Below, piece by piece: positions 28,792-38,495 of a stretch of DNA of 64,000 nt (position 1 is its first letter; each line of letters starts with the position of its first letter). Made by a program: the position numbers and the translations under genes. Below the pieces are notes generated by a model that worked only from the letters and a program-made list of their open reading frames with translations, ran no database searches and was not told the DNA's origin. This DNA comes from Pseudomonadota bacterium (GTDB lineage Bacteria; Bdellovibrionota; Bdellovibrionia; Bdellovibrionales; Bdellovibrionaceae), in NCBI GenBank assembly GCA_041178425.1, contig JBEGVH010000030.1, forward strand, positions 160,001 through 224,000, written 5' to 3'.

Positions 28792-30671
28792 AACTGATAA
28801 ACACCGACAGCGAGCACATAGGCTAAAATGTTGTAAACCAATAATTGTAGAATGGCCCAAGTGAATTGTCCTGATTCACGAATCATAACGGCAGTCGTCG
28901 ACGTGCATTGCAAAGCGACCATCACAAAAATTAGAATCGCCAGCACCGAAGCCGTCGTAAAAACATGAAGACCCTCGCTATTCTGGGCTGCTTCCATCGA
29001 CGCTAACAATCCCTCCTGAAGACCTTCATCGTCACTAGCAGTTACGTCAAAAATCACCGCTAACGAACTAGCAAAAACCTCGCGAGCCGCAAAAGCAGAA
29101 ATTAAGCTAACCCCTACTCTCCAATCAACACCCATAGGTTTAAACACTGGCTCAATAAAATGCCCTAATTGGCCAGCATAACTTGTTTCTAACTTAACCT
29201 GATCAGACTCTGCCTGGTAATTTGGAAAAGTTGTTCCTGCCCAAATTAAAAGGGCAAAGAGGAAAATCGGAGGACCAGCTCTTTTCACATATCCAAAGGT
29301 TTTCGTCCAGGCCTGGTTTAAAACAACACCAAAGCGCGGCCGTCTATAAAGAGGCAACTCCATCATGAAAAAGGAATTGGCCTCAGGTTTTAAGAACCGA
29401 TGAAGAATGTGTGCCACGATAGCCCCGAAAAAAAGCGCACCAAAGTAAAGGGCCGTGAGGGCCAACCCAGCCTGCCACGATGGTCTTCCATTAAAGAGAA
29501 AGGCTAACAGAAGCGCATAAACGGGAAGGCGCGCCGAACAAGTCATCAACGGAATAATCATCATTGTAATAAATCGATCTCGTTTAGAACTTATGTTTCT
29601 CGTCGCCATGAGCGCAGGAACAGCGCATGCAAATCCAGAAAGCAGGGGCACAAATGAGCGTCCACTCATTCCAAGAGAGGATAAAGGCCTGTCAATGAGG
29701 GTCGCCGAACGAGCCAGATAACCGGATGACTCTAAGAATCCAATAACTAAAAAAAGCATGAAAATCTGCGGAACAAAGACAAGCACCGCACCGAAACTAG
29801 TTATAACGCCATTGCCAATAAAATCAATCCAAAGACTTCCGTCTCCAGCACTTGCAACTTTGGCCGCCGACATCGAAAAAAACGAATCGATCGCGTCCAT
29901 AAAAGGGCCCGCAACAGCAAAAATAGTAGTAAACAAAAATGACATTACCAAAACAAAGATGAGCAATCCAAAGAACGGGTGCAGAAGCCAGCGATCAAGT
30001 CTTCTCGTCGTCGCCAACAAAGCTGCTTTTTGGGCGGCAGTTGCTTTTCCGCAAACAGCAACGGCCAAAAGATCAGCTGATTTTAACATCGACATTTGTT
30101 GCTCTTGGGTCCAAACTTTAGGCGCCGCGGATTTTGTTAAAGTGGGTGCGCGAAGATTGCGAACTCCCTCAACGAGGTCATTCAATCCACCGCCTAAGAG
30201 CCCTTCGATCGGAAAAACCGGGCACTGCAATGATGCCGACAGTTTATCTACGTCAATGGACTGCCCTGATTTTCGCATAAGATCCGACATTGTGAGAGCT
30301 ACAACTACCGAAAAACCACTCGAAATCAGTTGCTGCACTAAAAGGAGGTGTCTTGATAGTTGAGTCGAATCTATAACAGCGATTACCTTACTCACGTCAC
30401 CCTCACGAGAATGACCATAGAGAGCTCTGAGCGTTACCTCTTCATCTTCGCTCTTAGGCACCAACGAATAGGTGCCAGGAGTATCCATGACGGTCAATCC
30501 GCCACCAAATTGGGGGGCGAGTTCTGCCACAGAATACTCAACGGTAGCACCTGGGTAGTTGACCGTTTTGAATTTACTATTGGTAAGCCAATTGAAAAGT
30601 GTTGTTTTTCCAGAATTTGGAGGCCCAACGACCGCAACCAACTCAGGGGTTGCTGTTACACTATCAAACAC
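28782..30671 (-). CDS. feoB: Ferrous iron transporter B
   Basis: GPPNSGKTTLFN, NYPGATVE, DTPGTYSL, GFACAVPA, MTCSARLPVY, AAREV. Confidence 0.96.
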   Translation of the reverse strand: MFDSVTATPELVAVVGPPNSGKTTLFNWLTNSKFKTVNYPGATVEYSVAELAPQFGGGLTVMDTPGTYSLVPKSEDEEVTLRALYGHSREGDVSKVIAVIDSTQLSRHLLLVQQLISSGFSVVVALTMSDLMRKSGQSIDVDKLSASLQCPVFPIEGLLGGGLNDLVEGVRNLRAPTLTKSAAPKVWTQEQQMSMLKSADLLAVAVCGKATAAQKAALLATTRRLDRWLLHPFFGLLIFVLVMSFLFTTIFAVAGPFMDAIDSFFSMSAAKVASAGDGSLWIDFIGNGVITSFGAVLVFVPQIFMLFLVIGFLESSGYLARSATLIDRPLSSLGMSGRSFVPLLSGFACAVPALMATRNISSKRDRFITMMIIPLMTCSARLPVYALLLAFLFNGRPSWQAGLALTALYFGALFFGAIVAHILHRFLKPEANSFFMMELPLYRRPRFGVVLNQAWTKTFGYVKRAGPPIFLFALLIWAGTTFPNYQAESDQVKLETSYAGQLGHFIEPVFKPMGVDWRVGVSLISAFAAREVFASSLAVIFDVTASDDEGLQEGLLASMEAAQNSEGLHVFTTASVLAILIFVMVALQCTSTTAVMIRESGQFTWAILQLLVYNILAYVLAVGVYQLWS

Positions 30672-30877
30672 AGAGCTTCCTCCTCACGAAGAGCCAAAAA
30701 AGTTGATTCAACTCGAATGATGAAGGGGCCATCAAAAGGCATTCGACCAATCAATTCAATCTCGACTCCCGGATGCAATCCCATATCAATCAAGCGCTCC
30801 GTGATTGCATTATCTCCTGCAAGCTCGGAGAGCACGGCAACCTTTCCAAACTCATTTCGCACAAACAAAAAAGACAT
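30656..30877 (-). CDS. feoA: Ferrous iron transport protein A
   Basis: RLIDMGLHPG...PFDGP...ALREEEA; directly upstream of feoB. Confidence 0.92.
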   Translation of the reverse strand: MSFLFVRNEFGKVAVLSELAGDNAITERLIDMGLHPGVEIELIGRMPFDGPFIIRVESTFLALREEEALCLIV

Positions 30878-30888
30878 AGAAACCCGAT

Positions 30889-33591
30889 CTAGCTCTTCAA
30901 TCTCAAAATGGCTTCTTCCAAGGCTGCCAACTGTGATTTTGCCTGTTGCAGAGTGGCCTTGTCGGCTTCAACGACATCCTCTGCTGCGTTCTTAATAAAA
31001 TTCTCATTATTGAGGCGACCATTGAGTCCAAGGACGTCTTTTTTAAGTTTTTCAATCGTCTTTTCAACCCGCTTGATCTCTTCTTCGATGTCGACAAGCC
31101 CCTCTAAAGGAACAATCACTTTCAATTTAGAAGAACCCACATTCACAGGCGCCAATGCACATTTGGATAAATTACCTTCGTTGCCGATGCTCAAATCACC
31201 GATACGACCAAGCACCTCAATCGCCGTGCGATTACTGCCCAATATTTTCTGCGCAGCTTCATCTTGTGGAGCCAAACGAACAGTGATTTTTTCACCAGGC
31301 TTGATTCTATTTTCGCCACGAATGTTACGAATCGCTGAAATCGTTTCTTTAACCAGATCAATTTCAAACGCCGCCTGAGCATGAGAAAGATTCAACCACT
31401 CACGATCATTATCATCCGTAGGGTAATCATCGGTGATACACGCCTTTCCTTTGATAGGAAGTTTTTGATAAAGCTCTTCGGTGATGAAAGGAGCGAACGG
31501 ATGAAGCAACCGCATCACTCGATTGAGTGTTTGCGCCAACACCAACTGTGTTGCTTTTTTCTCTTCTGGTTTTCCTTCGCTCATAATGGGTTTAATAAAC
31601 TCGATGTACCAATCGCAGAATTCATGCCAAACAAAGTGATAGATAGCGTTGGCAGCATCGGAGAATCGATTATTTTCAAGCGATTCGCGAACAATTTTTT
31701 CTACCTCACCCGTTTTAGCAATGATCCACTGATCATAGAGTGAAAGATGGCCTTTTAATGGCAACGCTTTTACACCAGCCGCTGGAACTTCGAATCCTTG
31801 AAGGTTTTGCAGACTAAAGCGTGTTGCGTTCCAGATTTTGTTCATGAAGTTGCGATAGCCTTCAAGACGTTGCTCGCTAAACTTCAAATCTCTTCCAGAC
31901 GCCGTCAAGGCCATTAAAGTGAAGCGAAGCGCATCCGCCCCATACTTTTCAATCATCTCAACGGGGTCGATAGAATTGTTCAGGCTCTTAGACATTTTTC
32001 TGCCTTGAGAGTCACGAACAAGACCGTGAATGATGATCTGCCGAAACGGAACATCGCGCTTGAACTCCAAGCCCATCATGATCATTCGAGCAACCCAAAA
32101 GAAAATAATATCATGGCCCGTCACAAGCACATTAGTTGGGTAAAAAGTTTTCAAGGTTTCGGTTTCTTCGGGCCAACCCATGGTGCTAAATGGCCAAAGT
32201 GCCGAACTAAACCACGTATCCAAAACATCTTCATCTTGTTCGAGAGACTTCGACTGACACTTTTCACAATAGCTCGGTTCAGTCTCAGACACAGTTGTAT
32301 GATCGCAGTCTTTACAGTACCAAGCCGGGATACGGTGACCCCACCAGAGTTGGCGAGAAATACACCAATCTTCAATGATATTCATCCAATGCAAATAGGT
32401 CTTCGTCCAAGACTCTGGTTCGAAGCGGATTGTTCCACTTTCAACTACGCGCTTTGCTGGAGTTGCTAAATGCTCAGTTTTAACGAACCATTGTTCGGAC
32501 AGAAATGGCTCAACCACCGCGCCCGAACGAGAGCAATGTCCAACCGAATGAACATGAGGCTCTTCTTTTTCTAAAAGATCTAAGGCTCTCAAATCTTCCA
32601 GTACTTTTTTGCGACCCTCATTCACCGAAAGGCCTTTATAAGAAGCTCCCGCATTTTCATTAAGACGGCACTGACGATCAAGAACACTAATCATTGGTAA
32701 ATTATGGCGTTTACCCACTTTATAATCGTTAAAGTCATGCGCGGGCGTGATCTTAACAACCCCAGAACCAAACTCTTTATCAACGTAGGTGTCTGCAATA
32801 ATAGGAATGGTTCTTTCAGTGAGCGGTAACTTTACTCGCTGACCAATGAGGGCCATATACCGTGGGTCTTCTGGGTGCACAGCCACGGCAACATCTCCCA
32901 GAAGAGTTTCAGGACGCGTGGTCGCAACAATGAGAAACCCCGCTCCGTTTTCGAGGGGATACTTAATATGAAACATCGATCCTTTGATGCTTTTGTGTTC
33001 AACTTCAAGATCACTGATCGCGGTTTCCAGGGGTCCACTCCAGTTAACTAAGCGTTGTCCGCGATAGATCCAGCCTTTTTTATAGAGCGACACGAAAACT
33101 TTGCGGACTGATTTTGAAACTCCTTCATCGAGGGTAAAAACAGCCCGATCCCAGTCGCAAGAGTCGCCCATCCGACGCATTTGTCGATAAATGCGGTCGC
33201 CGTAGAGCTTTTTCCAATCCCAAACCTTCTCGAGAAACTTTTCTCTTCCGAGCCCAACGCGGGTTTCGCCGGTTTTCTTTAGCTCGCGCTCAACCACGGT
33301 TTGAGTTGCAATCCCGGCGTGATCAGTTCCTGGCAACCACATGGCATTAAAACCACTCATGCGCTTCCAACGAATCAAGACATCTTGAATGGTGTGATCA
33401 AGAGCGTGGCCCATATGAAGAAAACCGGTCACATTAGGGGGAGGTAAAATAATTGAATAAGGAGGCTTTGTAGAGCGATCTTGCGCTTTGAAATAGCCAG
33501 ACTCTTCCCACCAATTGTAGATGCGCCCTTCAACCTCTTGTGGATTGTAACGATCCGATATAATTTCAGACATATTCACCGCCTTAGACAC
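30889..33591 (-). CDS. valS: Valine-tRNA ligase
   Basis: PPPNVTGFLHMGH, ATTRPET, DWCISRQLWWGH, KMSKS, C-terminal coiled coil. Confidence 0.99.
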   Translation of the reverse strand: MSKAVNMSEIISDRYNPQEVEGRIYNWWEESGYFKAQDRSTKPPYSIILPPPNVTGFLHMGHALDHTIQDVLIRWKRMSGFNAMWLPGTDHAGIATQTVVERELKKTGETRVGLGREKFLEKVWDWKKLYGDRIYRQMRRMGDSCDWDRAVFTLDEGVSKSVRKVFVSLYKKGWIYRGQRLVNWSGPLETAISDLEVEHKSIKGSMFHIKYPLENGAGFLIVATTRPETLLGDVAVAVHPEDPRYMALIGQRVKLPLTERTIPIIADTYVDKEFGSGVVKITPAHDFNDYKVGKRHNLPMISVLDRQCRLNENAGASYKGLSVNEGRKKVLEDLRALDLLEKEEPHVHSVGHCSRSGAVVEPFLSEQWFVKTEHLATPAKRVVESGTIRFEPESWTKTYLHWMNIIEDWCISRQLWWGHRIPAWYCKDCDHTTVSETEPSYCEKCQSKSLEQDEDVLDTWFSSALWPFSTMGWPEETETLKTFYPTNVLVTGHDIIFFWVARMIMMGLEFKRDVPFRQIIIHGLVRDSQGRKMSKSLNNSIDPVEMIEKYGADALRFTLMALTASGRDLKFSEQRLEGYRNFMNKIWNATRFSLQNLQGFEVPAAGVKALPLKGHLSLYDQWIIAKTGEVEKIVRESLENNRFSDAANAIYHFVWHEFCDWYIEFIKPIMSEGKPEEKKATQLVLAQTLNRVMRLLHPFAPFITEELYQKLPIKGKACITDDYPTDDNDREWLNLSHAQAAFEIDLVKETISAIRNIRGENRIKPGEKITVRLAPQDEAAQKILGSNRTAIEVLGRIGDLSIGNEGNLSKCALAPVNVGSSKLKVIVPLEGLVDIEEEIKRVEKTIEKLKKDVLGLNGRLNNENFIKNAAEDVVEADKATLQQAKSQLAALEEAILRLKS

Positions 33592-33633
33592 TATTTAAAC
33601 ACTTTAATTAATAACTTGTATGAGGAACTTCGG

Positions 33634-33975
33634 TCAACCGACCCCAGCCTCTGCCAGAATGTTCTGCCATCCACCCTTGACGTGGTAAATATTGAGAAAT
33701 CCTTTTTTTTCTAACATCTGCGAAACAAGCAGGCTTTCACTTCCTTGTTCACAGAGAACCACCAGTGGATGCTCAAACTTAAGACCCAAGCTTGTGACTG
33801 TTTCTAGGATCTCATTAGCATTCGCTTTGACGGCCTTTGCCATAAGCGGACGCAAATCAACGGGTGCCGTCTCAAAGTTAGGTTCGAAATTTAAAACCAA
33901 AAGTGTAAATGGAACCTTATTTCGCACGAGGTTTGATAACTGGAAATAGCCTACCTGTCCAACCGAATAATTCAT
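33634..33975 (-). CDS. Rhodanese-like domain protein
   Basis: LVVLCEQG..S...GFLNIYHVKGGW. Confidence 0.75.
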   Translation of the reverse strand: MNYSVGQVGYFQLSNLVRNKVPFTLLVLNFEPNFETAPVDLRPLMAKAVKANANEILETVTSLGLKFEHPLVVLCEQGSESLLVSQMLEKKGFLNIYHVKGGWQNILAEAGVG

Positions 33976-35216
33976 AGATTTGCACTCCTCGAATCAGGAA
34001 GAGATTTAAAATTAATAAGAACAATAACTAAAGCCAATGCCCCAAGAATCATCGCAAAAGAGAAGGGGGCCGTAATTGAAAATGAATCGAAAAGCATGCC
34101 TCCCAAAAGCGGGCCAAGAATTCTCCCAAGCGAGGAAAGACTCTGAGCAATGCCTAAGTTTTCCCCCTGCTCAGTTTCAGAGCTTGCGAGACTAATACTT
34201 CCCAACATTGATGGGTTCACGCACCCGTTGCCTAGTGACAAGAGTGTCATGGCTACCGCTAATTGCTCGATCGATTGAGCAATGGCAATGCCACCCATAC
34301 CCATGGCAAAGGCAGCGAGTCCTGCCGCTGCAATGGCACGCTCTCCTAACATTGGAAGTAATCGCCGCACTAAAAACCCTTGAGTAAAAACAATTATAAT
34401 ACCAACGTAGGCAAAACCGTAACTCACCTTATCTGAGCTCCATCCAAAGTATTGGCCCACAAAAAGCACGAGAGTGGCCTCCATCGAGGCCATCGCCAAT
34501 CCACTCAAAAAATAAACTGAAAGCAAAGGTCGGAGCTTCGGTAATTCGAATTTGTTTAAAATTCCACGAAAACGGTTTAACTTATACTTTTCTGACACCG
34601 TTTTGCGCTTTTCTGGAGGCAGAGATTCTGGAAGTTTAAAATAAGCAAAGACAAAAGTTCCCAAGCACAAAGCCCCCACAAAAAGGGCCGCTACTGTTGA
34701 ACCAATGAGTGGTTCGCTCGAAAACTGTTTTGCCAAATGAATCATCGATCCGCCAATGGCGGGACCAATCACAAATCCTAACCCAAAGGCCACGCCAATC
34801 AGAGCCATTCCTTTTGATCGTTCTTTGGGGGGCGTGATATCCGAAATATACGCCGAAGCGGTTGACAGACTGGCACCAAAAAACCCTGCGAGCCCTCTCG
34901 CCAACAACAGCGACCAAAAATCTCGAGCGAAAGCGAACCATACATAAGTGAAAGCCTCTGCCAGCAAACATCCAACAAGAATCATCCTGCGCCCATGACG
35001 GTCGCTCAATTGACCCCAAAACGGGGCAAACAAAAACTGCATCAAGGAGTAAATGGCCATCAACCAGCCTACTTGAATTGCACTCCCCCCTAATTCTTTT
35101 CCTAGTAAAGGCAAGATGGGGATGATAATTCCAAATCCTACGAGATAGAGAAAAACTGTAAGGAAAATAAGCACTTTGGGTGCTTGGCCTGGGCCTGAAT
35201 AATTTTGTTGCTTCAT
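33972..35216 (-). CDS. MFS transporter, TetA/DHA1-like
   Basis: GFGIIIPILP, MQFLFAPFWGQLSDRHGRR, AFGLGFVIGP; about 12 TM segments. Confidence 0.92.
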   Translation of the reverse strand: MKQQNYSGPGQAPKVLIFLTVFLYLVGFGIIIPILPLLGKELGGSAIQVGWLMAIYSLMQFLFAPFWGQLSDRHGRRMILVGCLLAEAFTYVWFAFARDFWSLLLARGLAGFFGASLSTASAYISDITPPKERSKGMALIGVAFGLGFVIGPAIGGSMIHLAKQFSSEPLIGSTVAALFVGALCLGTFVFAYFKLPESLPPEKRKTVSEKYKLNRFRGILNKFELPKLRPLLSVYFLSGLAMASMEATLVLFVGQYFGWSSDKVSYGFAYVGIIIVFTQGFLVRRLLPMLGERAIAAAGLAAFAMGMGGIAIAQSIEQLAVAMTLLSLGNGCVNPSMLGSISLASSETEQGENLGIAQSLSSLGRILGPLLGGMLFDSFSITAPFSFAMILGALALVIVLINFKSLPDSRSANL

Positions 35217-35247
35217 AGTCCAGGCATATTGTCATTGCCCCCCAAAA

Positions 35248-36240
35248 TTGTACAATATTTTAATGATGAAACTGCTTGTTAGCCTGATTCTATTACCCTT
35301 GGGTCTCTTTGCTAAACCCCAACTAGGAAAAAATTTTCGCCCCGGATGGAGCGAAGGAGTCATGGGGTATGATACCTTTCACTCGGTCGGAAACTACACC
35401 GCCAATGGCGACATCCAGAGCCTACCTACTGCCAATAGTTTTTGGCAAACGACCAACCTCGATTTCGCCGGTCGCTACACCTTTGACCACTCTTGGGCGT
35501 TGACTGCTGGCGTAAATCACACCACCGCTCACACCTCGCTGGGCAACTTTTCACAGACCCAAAGTGGAATGCAGTCAGTTCGCGGATCCTTCGAGTATCG
35601 GTTCGACTACCCAGGCGCAGATATTGGCTTGGAGGGAATTGGTTTAGTGTCGATTCTGAGTATCGATCAAGGTTCCACAAAGCCTATTTATGGAGATGGA
35701 GCCCACGGCTTCGGTGGCAATCTCTGGTTTTTACAAAAATACGATAACATTCAGGTGCAAGCGAAAGGTGGTTTTCTCTATCGCAGCTCAGGTCTTTCAA
35801 GTTTAATACCGTACGAGATTGGCGCTCATTGGCGAACGGGCGACCTACTCCTCGGCGCTGTGGGTGAAGGCGCTTGGAGTGCCGGCCCAGATCAAGAGTC
35901 GGAACTCGTGCGCGCCAGTTTTCTCAGTCGAACGAGCGCGGGCAGCATGAACTTTCGGAGCTTCAACCCAAGCTATCATTTTATTGATTTTCAAGCCAAA
36001 TGGAATGCCACTAATCAATTTTCAATCACCGGGGGCCTAGGAACAACTTGGATGGGCAAAAACTTTAGTCAGGGAAACAGATATTTTCTTGGTATCAATA
36101 TTCTTTGGCAAGTGATCCGCCAAAGTGTGGAAAAAAGCCCGTTAAAAAATATCATAGTTAAGCCACCAAAAGCTCAAAAAAACCCAGACTCGGGCCCACT
36201 TTATCAAGAAGAAGACTACGAGAAACAATTGGGCCGTTAA
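35248..36240 (+). CDS. Hypothetical exported beta-rich (probable outer-membrane barrel) protein
   Basis: Signal peptide; alternating aromatic/Gly strands; charged C-terminal tail. Confidence 0.65.
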   Translation: MYNILMMKLLVSLILLPLGLFAKPQLGKNFRPGWSEGVMGYDTFHSVGNYTANGDIQSLPTANSFWQTTNLDFAGRYTFDHSWALTAGVNHTTAHTSLGNFSQTQSGMQSVRGSFEYRFDYPGADIGLEGIGLVSILSIDQGSTKPIYGDGAHGFGGNLWFLQKYDNIQVQAKGGFLYRSSGLSSLIPYEIGAHWRTGDLLLGAVGEGAWSAGPDQESELVRASFLSRTSAGSMNFRSFNPSYHFIDFQAKWNATNQFSITGGLGTTWMGKNFSQGNRYFLGINILWQVIRQSVEKSPLKNIIVKPPKAQKNPDSGPLYQEEDYEKQLGR

Positions 36241-36333
36241 GTAGCCCAATTATTATGATTTTCTGCAATGTTTATTGTGAGTTGCCGCATCCGTTGTTAG
36301 AGTTAGGGTTCAATCCTTTTTAATGGTGAAAAA

Positions 36334-36747
36334 ATGAGTGATGACGTAAAAATATACATGGGTAACTTTTGGGTGCAAAGCGAAGGTGGAACAATCACCC
36401 TCGGACTAACAGAAGAAACAATTGCAGACTTCGACGAAATTGTTTCTTTCGACTTTCCTGAGGAACAACAAAACGTAGAAGCTGATGAAGTCTGCGGTAC
36501 CATCGAAACAAACGATGGCCCGATTGATATTTACAGCCCCGTCTCTGGGTCTGTCATTGAAGTGAACACCACCCTCATTGAAGATTCCTCGGTGTTAATG
36601 GAAGATCCCACCGGCGAGGGCTGGTTGCTCAAATTTACTGCCGATGAAGATTATGAAGATGAGGATGAAGACGAAGACGACGAAGATGACCTCGATGATG
36701 AAGATGAAGACGAGGATGACGACTACGAGGATGAGGACGAAGATTAG
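36334..36747 (+). CDS. GcvH-like protein lacking the lipoyl-Lys, with poly-acidic tail
   Basis: DIYSPVSG.VIEVN...EDPTGEGWLLK matches the H-protein fold; ESVK is replaced by ETND. Confidence 0.85.
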   Translation: MSDDVKIYMGNFWVQSEGGTITLGLTEETIADFDEIVSFDFPEEQQNVEADEVCGTIETNDGPIDIYSPVSGSVIEVNTTLIEDSSVLMEDPTGEGWLLKFTADEDYEDEDEDEDDEDDLDDEDEDEDDDYEDEDED

Positions 36748-36799
36748 TTCCTACAATCCCTGAGCCAAAAATTGTTCTTCCCAACATTTAAAACTGTTT

Positions 36800-36841
36800 A
36801 AGTGGGGGCACGTTAGATTTAAGCGTGGCCCCACTTTTGCT
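36800..36841 (+). promoter_or_regulatory. Hairpin (possible terminator) whose 3' arm overlaps a sigma54 -24/-12 promoter
   Basis: AAGTGGGGGCACG / CGTGGCCCCACTT inverted repeat (12/13); TGGCCCCACTTTTGCT at 36826-36841. Confidence 0.55.
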
Positions 36842-36895
36842 TCCCCTCCTGGGTGGCCTTTTGTGTTTCTTGAAAGGTCGATACGGGAGGTTCTC

Positions 36896-38365
36896 ATGCG
36901 TCAGCAAAAAAGCGCAGCAATTCTAATGGGTTTACTTGCACTGACCTTAGCTAGTGGGTGCACACTACGACAACGTAATAAACCCAGCGACAAAGACAAC
37001 AACGCTCAACCAAAAGTGAGCATGGCGACGCCGACACCAACACCCGGTGCTAATGGGGCTCCTCAAGTACCCTATTCTGGAACGCCCGGAAAAGTAGATC
37101 CTCAAATTCAAATTGATTTTGATGAGTACAACAATCCAAGTCTTTCGGATGATGATGAATCGGAAGAGAGCTACGAACCCACTCTAACAGGCAAAAAGCG
37201 TTTTACGGGTTATACGAATGAAGCTGGATTTGCCTATACCGATGCAAGCACCGACTTTTTATTGCCTTACCTTAGAACTGTTCATAATGAATCATCTGAG
37301 ACCCATTCAAAAAAACTGTCTGAGAACTTTGCCAAAAAGATTCGAGATATTAAGATCCTTAATACCACGGGTGGGCAAGTGACTATTCGTGTTCGCTACG
37401 AAGTGGGTGATCACAGAACGGCCACCGTAAAACTTTCTGGCCCTCTTAAAATGAGCGGTCGGTATGCGGCCCTCTCAGAAAAATCCACCAAATCTGGTAG
37501 CAAAAAGCAATCTGCTTCGAAGTCATGGTCTGAAGGTGTTGATGATTACTCCGCCAGTGCGGACATTGTTCCGATGTCACCGGGCGAAATTCCAAAGATG
37601 ACTCCCACACCGATTGCAAGCCCCACTGGAACCCCTGTGGCTCAAACGCCGGTGGAAAATCCTAAGCAAAAACCAACAGAACCTTCACCTTCAAAACCTG
37701 CCAAAAAGCACAAGAAACACGTCTCTCACTCTGATGCGGGTATGCTGGGAGAACTCCGTTGTATCGATTTAGCTAAACGAGGAAAATGCGCCCATTACCT
37801 CTTAAGACTTATCTTAAATACTCGTGATGGCGAGGCTGTTGCTGAAGCCGTGATTCGCCGTACGAGCGCCACCCTCAGCATCACTCCTCCTCGCGTAGAG
37901 ACTCGAGATCCTCGTGTTCGAATGCTCAGAGAAATTCTCTATAATTCCTCCCTTAGAAACCCACAAGGGCCTCACATTTCAAGTTTTGATATGCAAACTT
38001 GGGCCGTCATGAATGGCCGCTCTGAATTCCAATTGCATTTGCAAACAGATCAAAATGAACATCTCTATTTTGCCGGCCCTCTTCTTACAGCATTTGGCGG
38101 AGAGCCAATCAACGTGCTTTTGAAACGGAATCCCAACACGTCTGAATCAGACAGTGGTCGATGGATGTCAACGAGCGCAGGTTTTATGACTTCGATGATT
38201 GATTCGGCTCGTCTGGTTAAAAATAATGGCCGAGGAACGATCAAAATTGACCTCATTATTGCTGACCATCAAACACAAGAACCGGTCACCTTCGGCATGA
38301 CATTCACACGAATGTTGCCTCCGATTTTAGATTTAACTCAAGATTCCCTCTATTTTAACCCTTAA
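36896..38365 (+). CDS. Large hypothetical lipoprotein with Pro/Thr-rich linkers
   Basis: GGAGG SD before ATG 36896; lipobox LASGC; TPTP segments. Confidence 0.8.
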   Translation: MRQQKSAAILMGLLALTLASGCTLRQRNKPSDKDNNAQPKVSMATPTPTPGANGAPQVPYSGTPGKVDPQIQIDFDEYNNPSLSDDDESEESYEPTLTGKKRFTGYTNEAGFAYTDASTDFLLPYLRTVHNESSETHSKKLSENFAKKIRDIKILNTTGGQVTIRVRYEVGDHRTATVKLSGPLKMSGRYAALSEKSTKSGSKKQSASKSWSEGVDDYSASADIVPMSPGEIPKMTPTPIASPTGTPVAQTPVENPKQKPTEPSPSKPAKKHKKHVSHSDAGMLGELRCIDLAKRGKCAHYLLRLILNTRDGEAVAEAVIRRTSATLSITPPRVETRDPRVRMLREILYNSSLRNPQGPHISSFDMQTWAVMNGRSEFQLHLQTDQNEHLYFAGPLLTAFGGEPINVLLKRNPNTSESDSGRWMSTSAGFMTSMIDSARLVKNNGRGTIKIDLIIADHQTQEPVTFGMTFTRMLPPILDLTQDSLYFNP

Positions 38366-38398
38366 TTGGGTTTGAATAGTTGGTTGTTCCCTCCCTCC

Positions 38399-38435
38399 GA
38401 ACCCGATGGGCCCTCCTATCGGGTTCACTTTTTTT
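38399..38435 (+). terminator. Intrinsic terminator
   Basis: GAACCCGATGGG-CCCT-CCTATCGGGTTC followed by ACTTTTTTT. Confidence 0.8.
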
Positions 38436-38495
38436 GGGGTGGATTTTAAAGAACTCCTCGGGTATTTCTAGAGGCCTTAAACACAGGGAGTGGGT

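Noticed and set aside
33972..35216. Tetracycline resistance gene
   Set aside because: Only family-level MFS motifs; no tetR or mobile context; substrate cannot be inferred.
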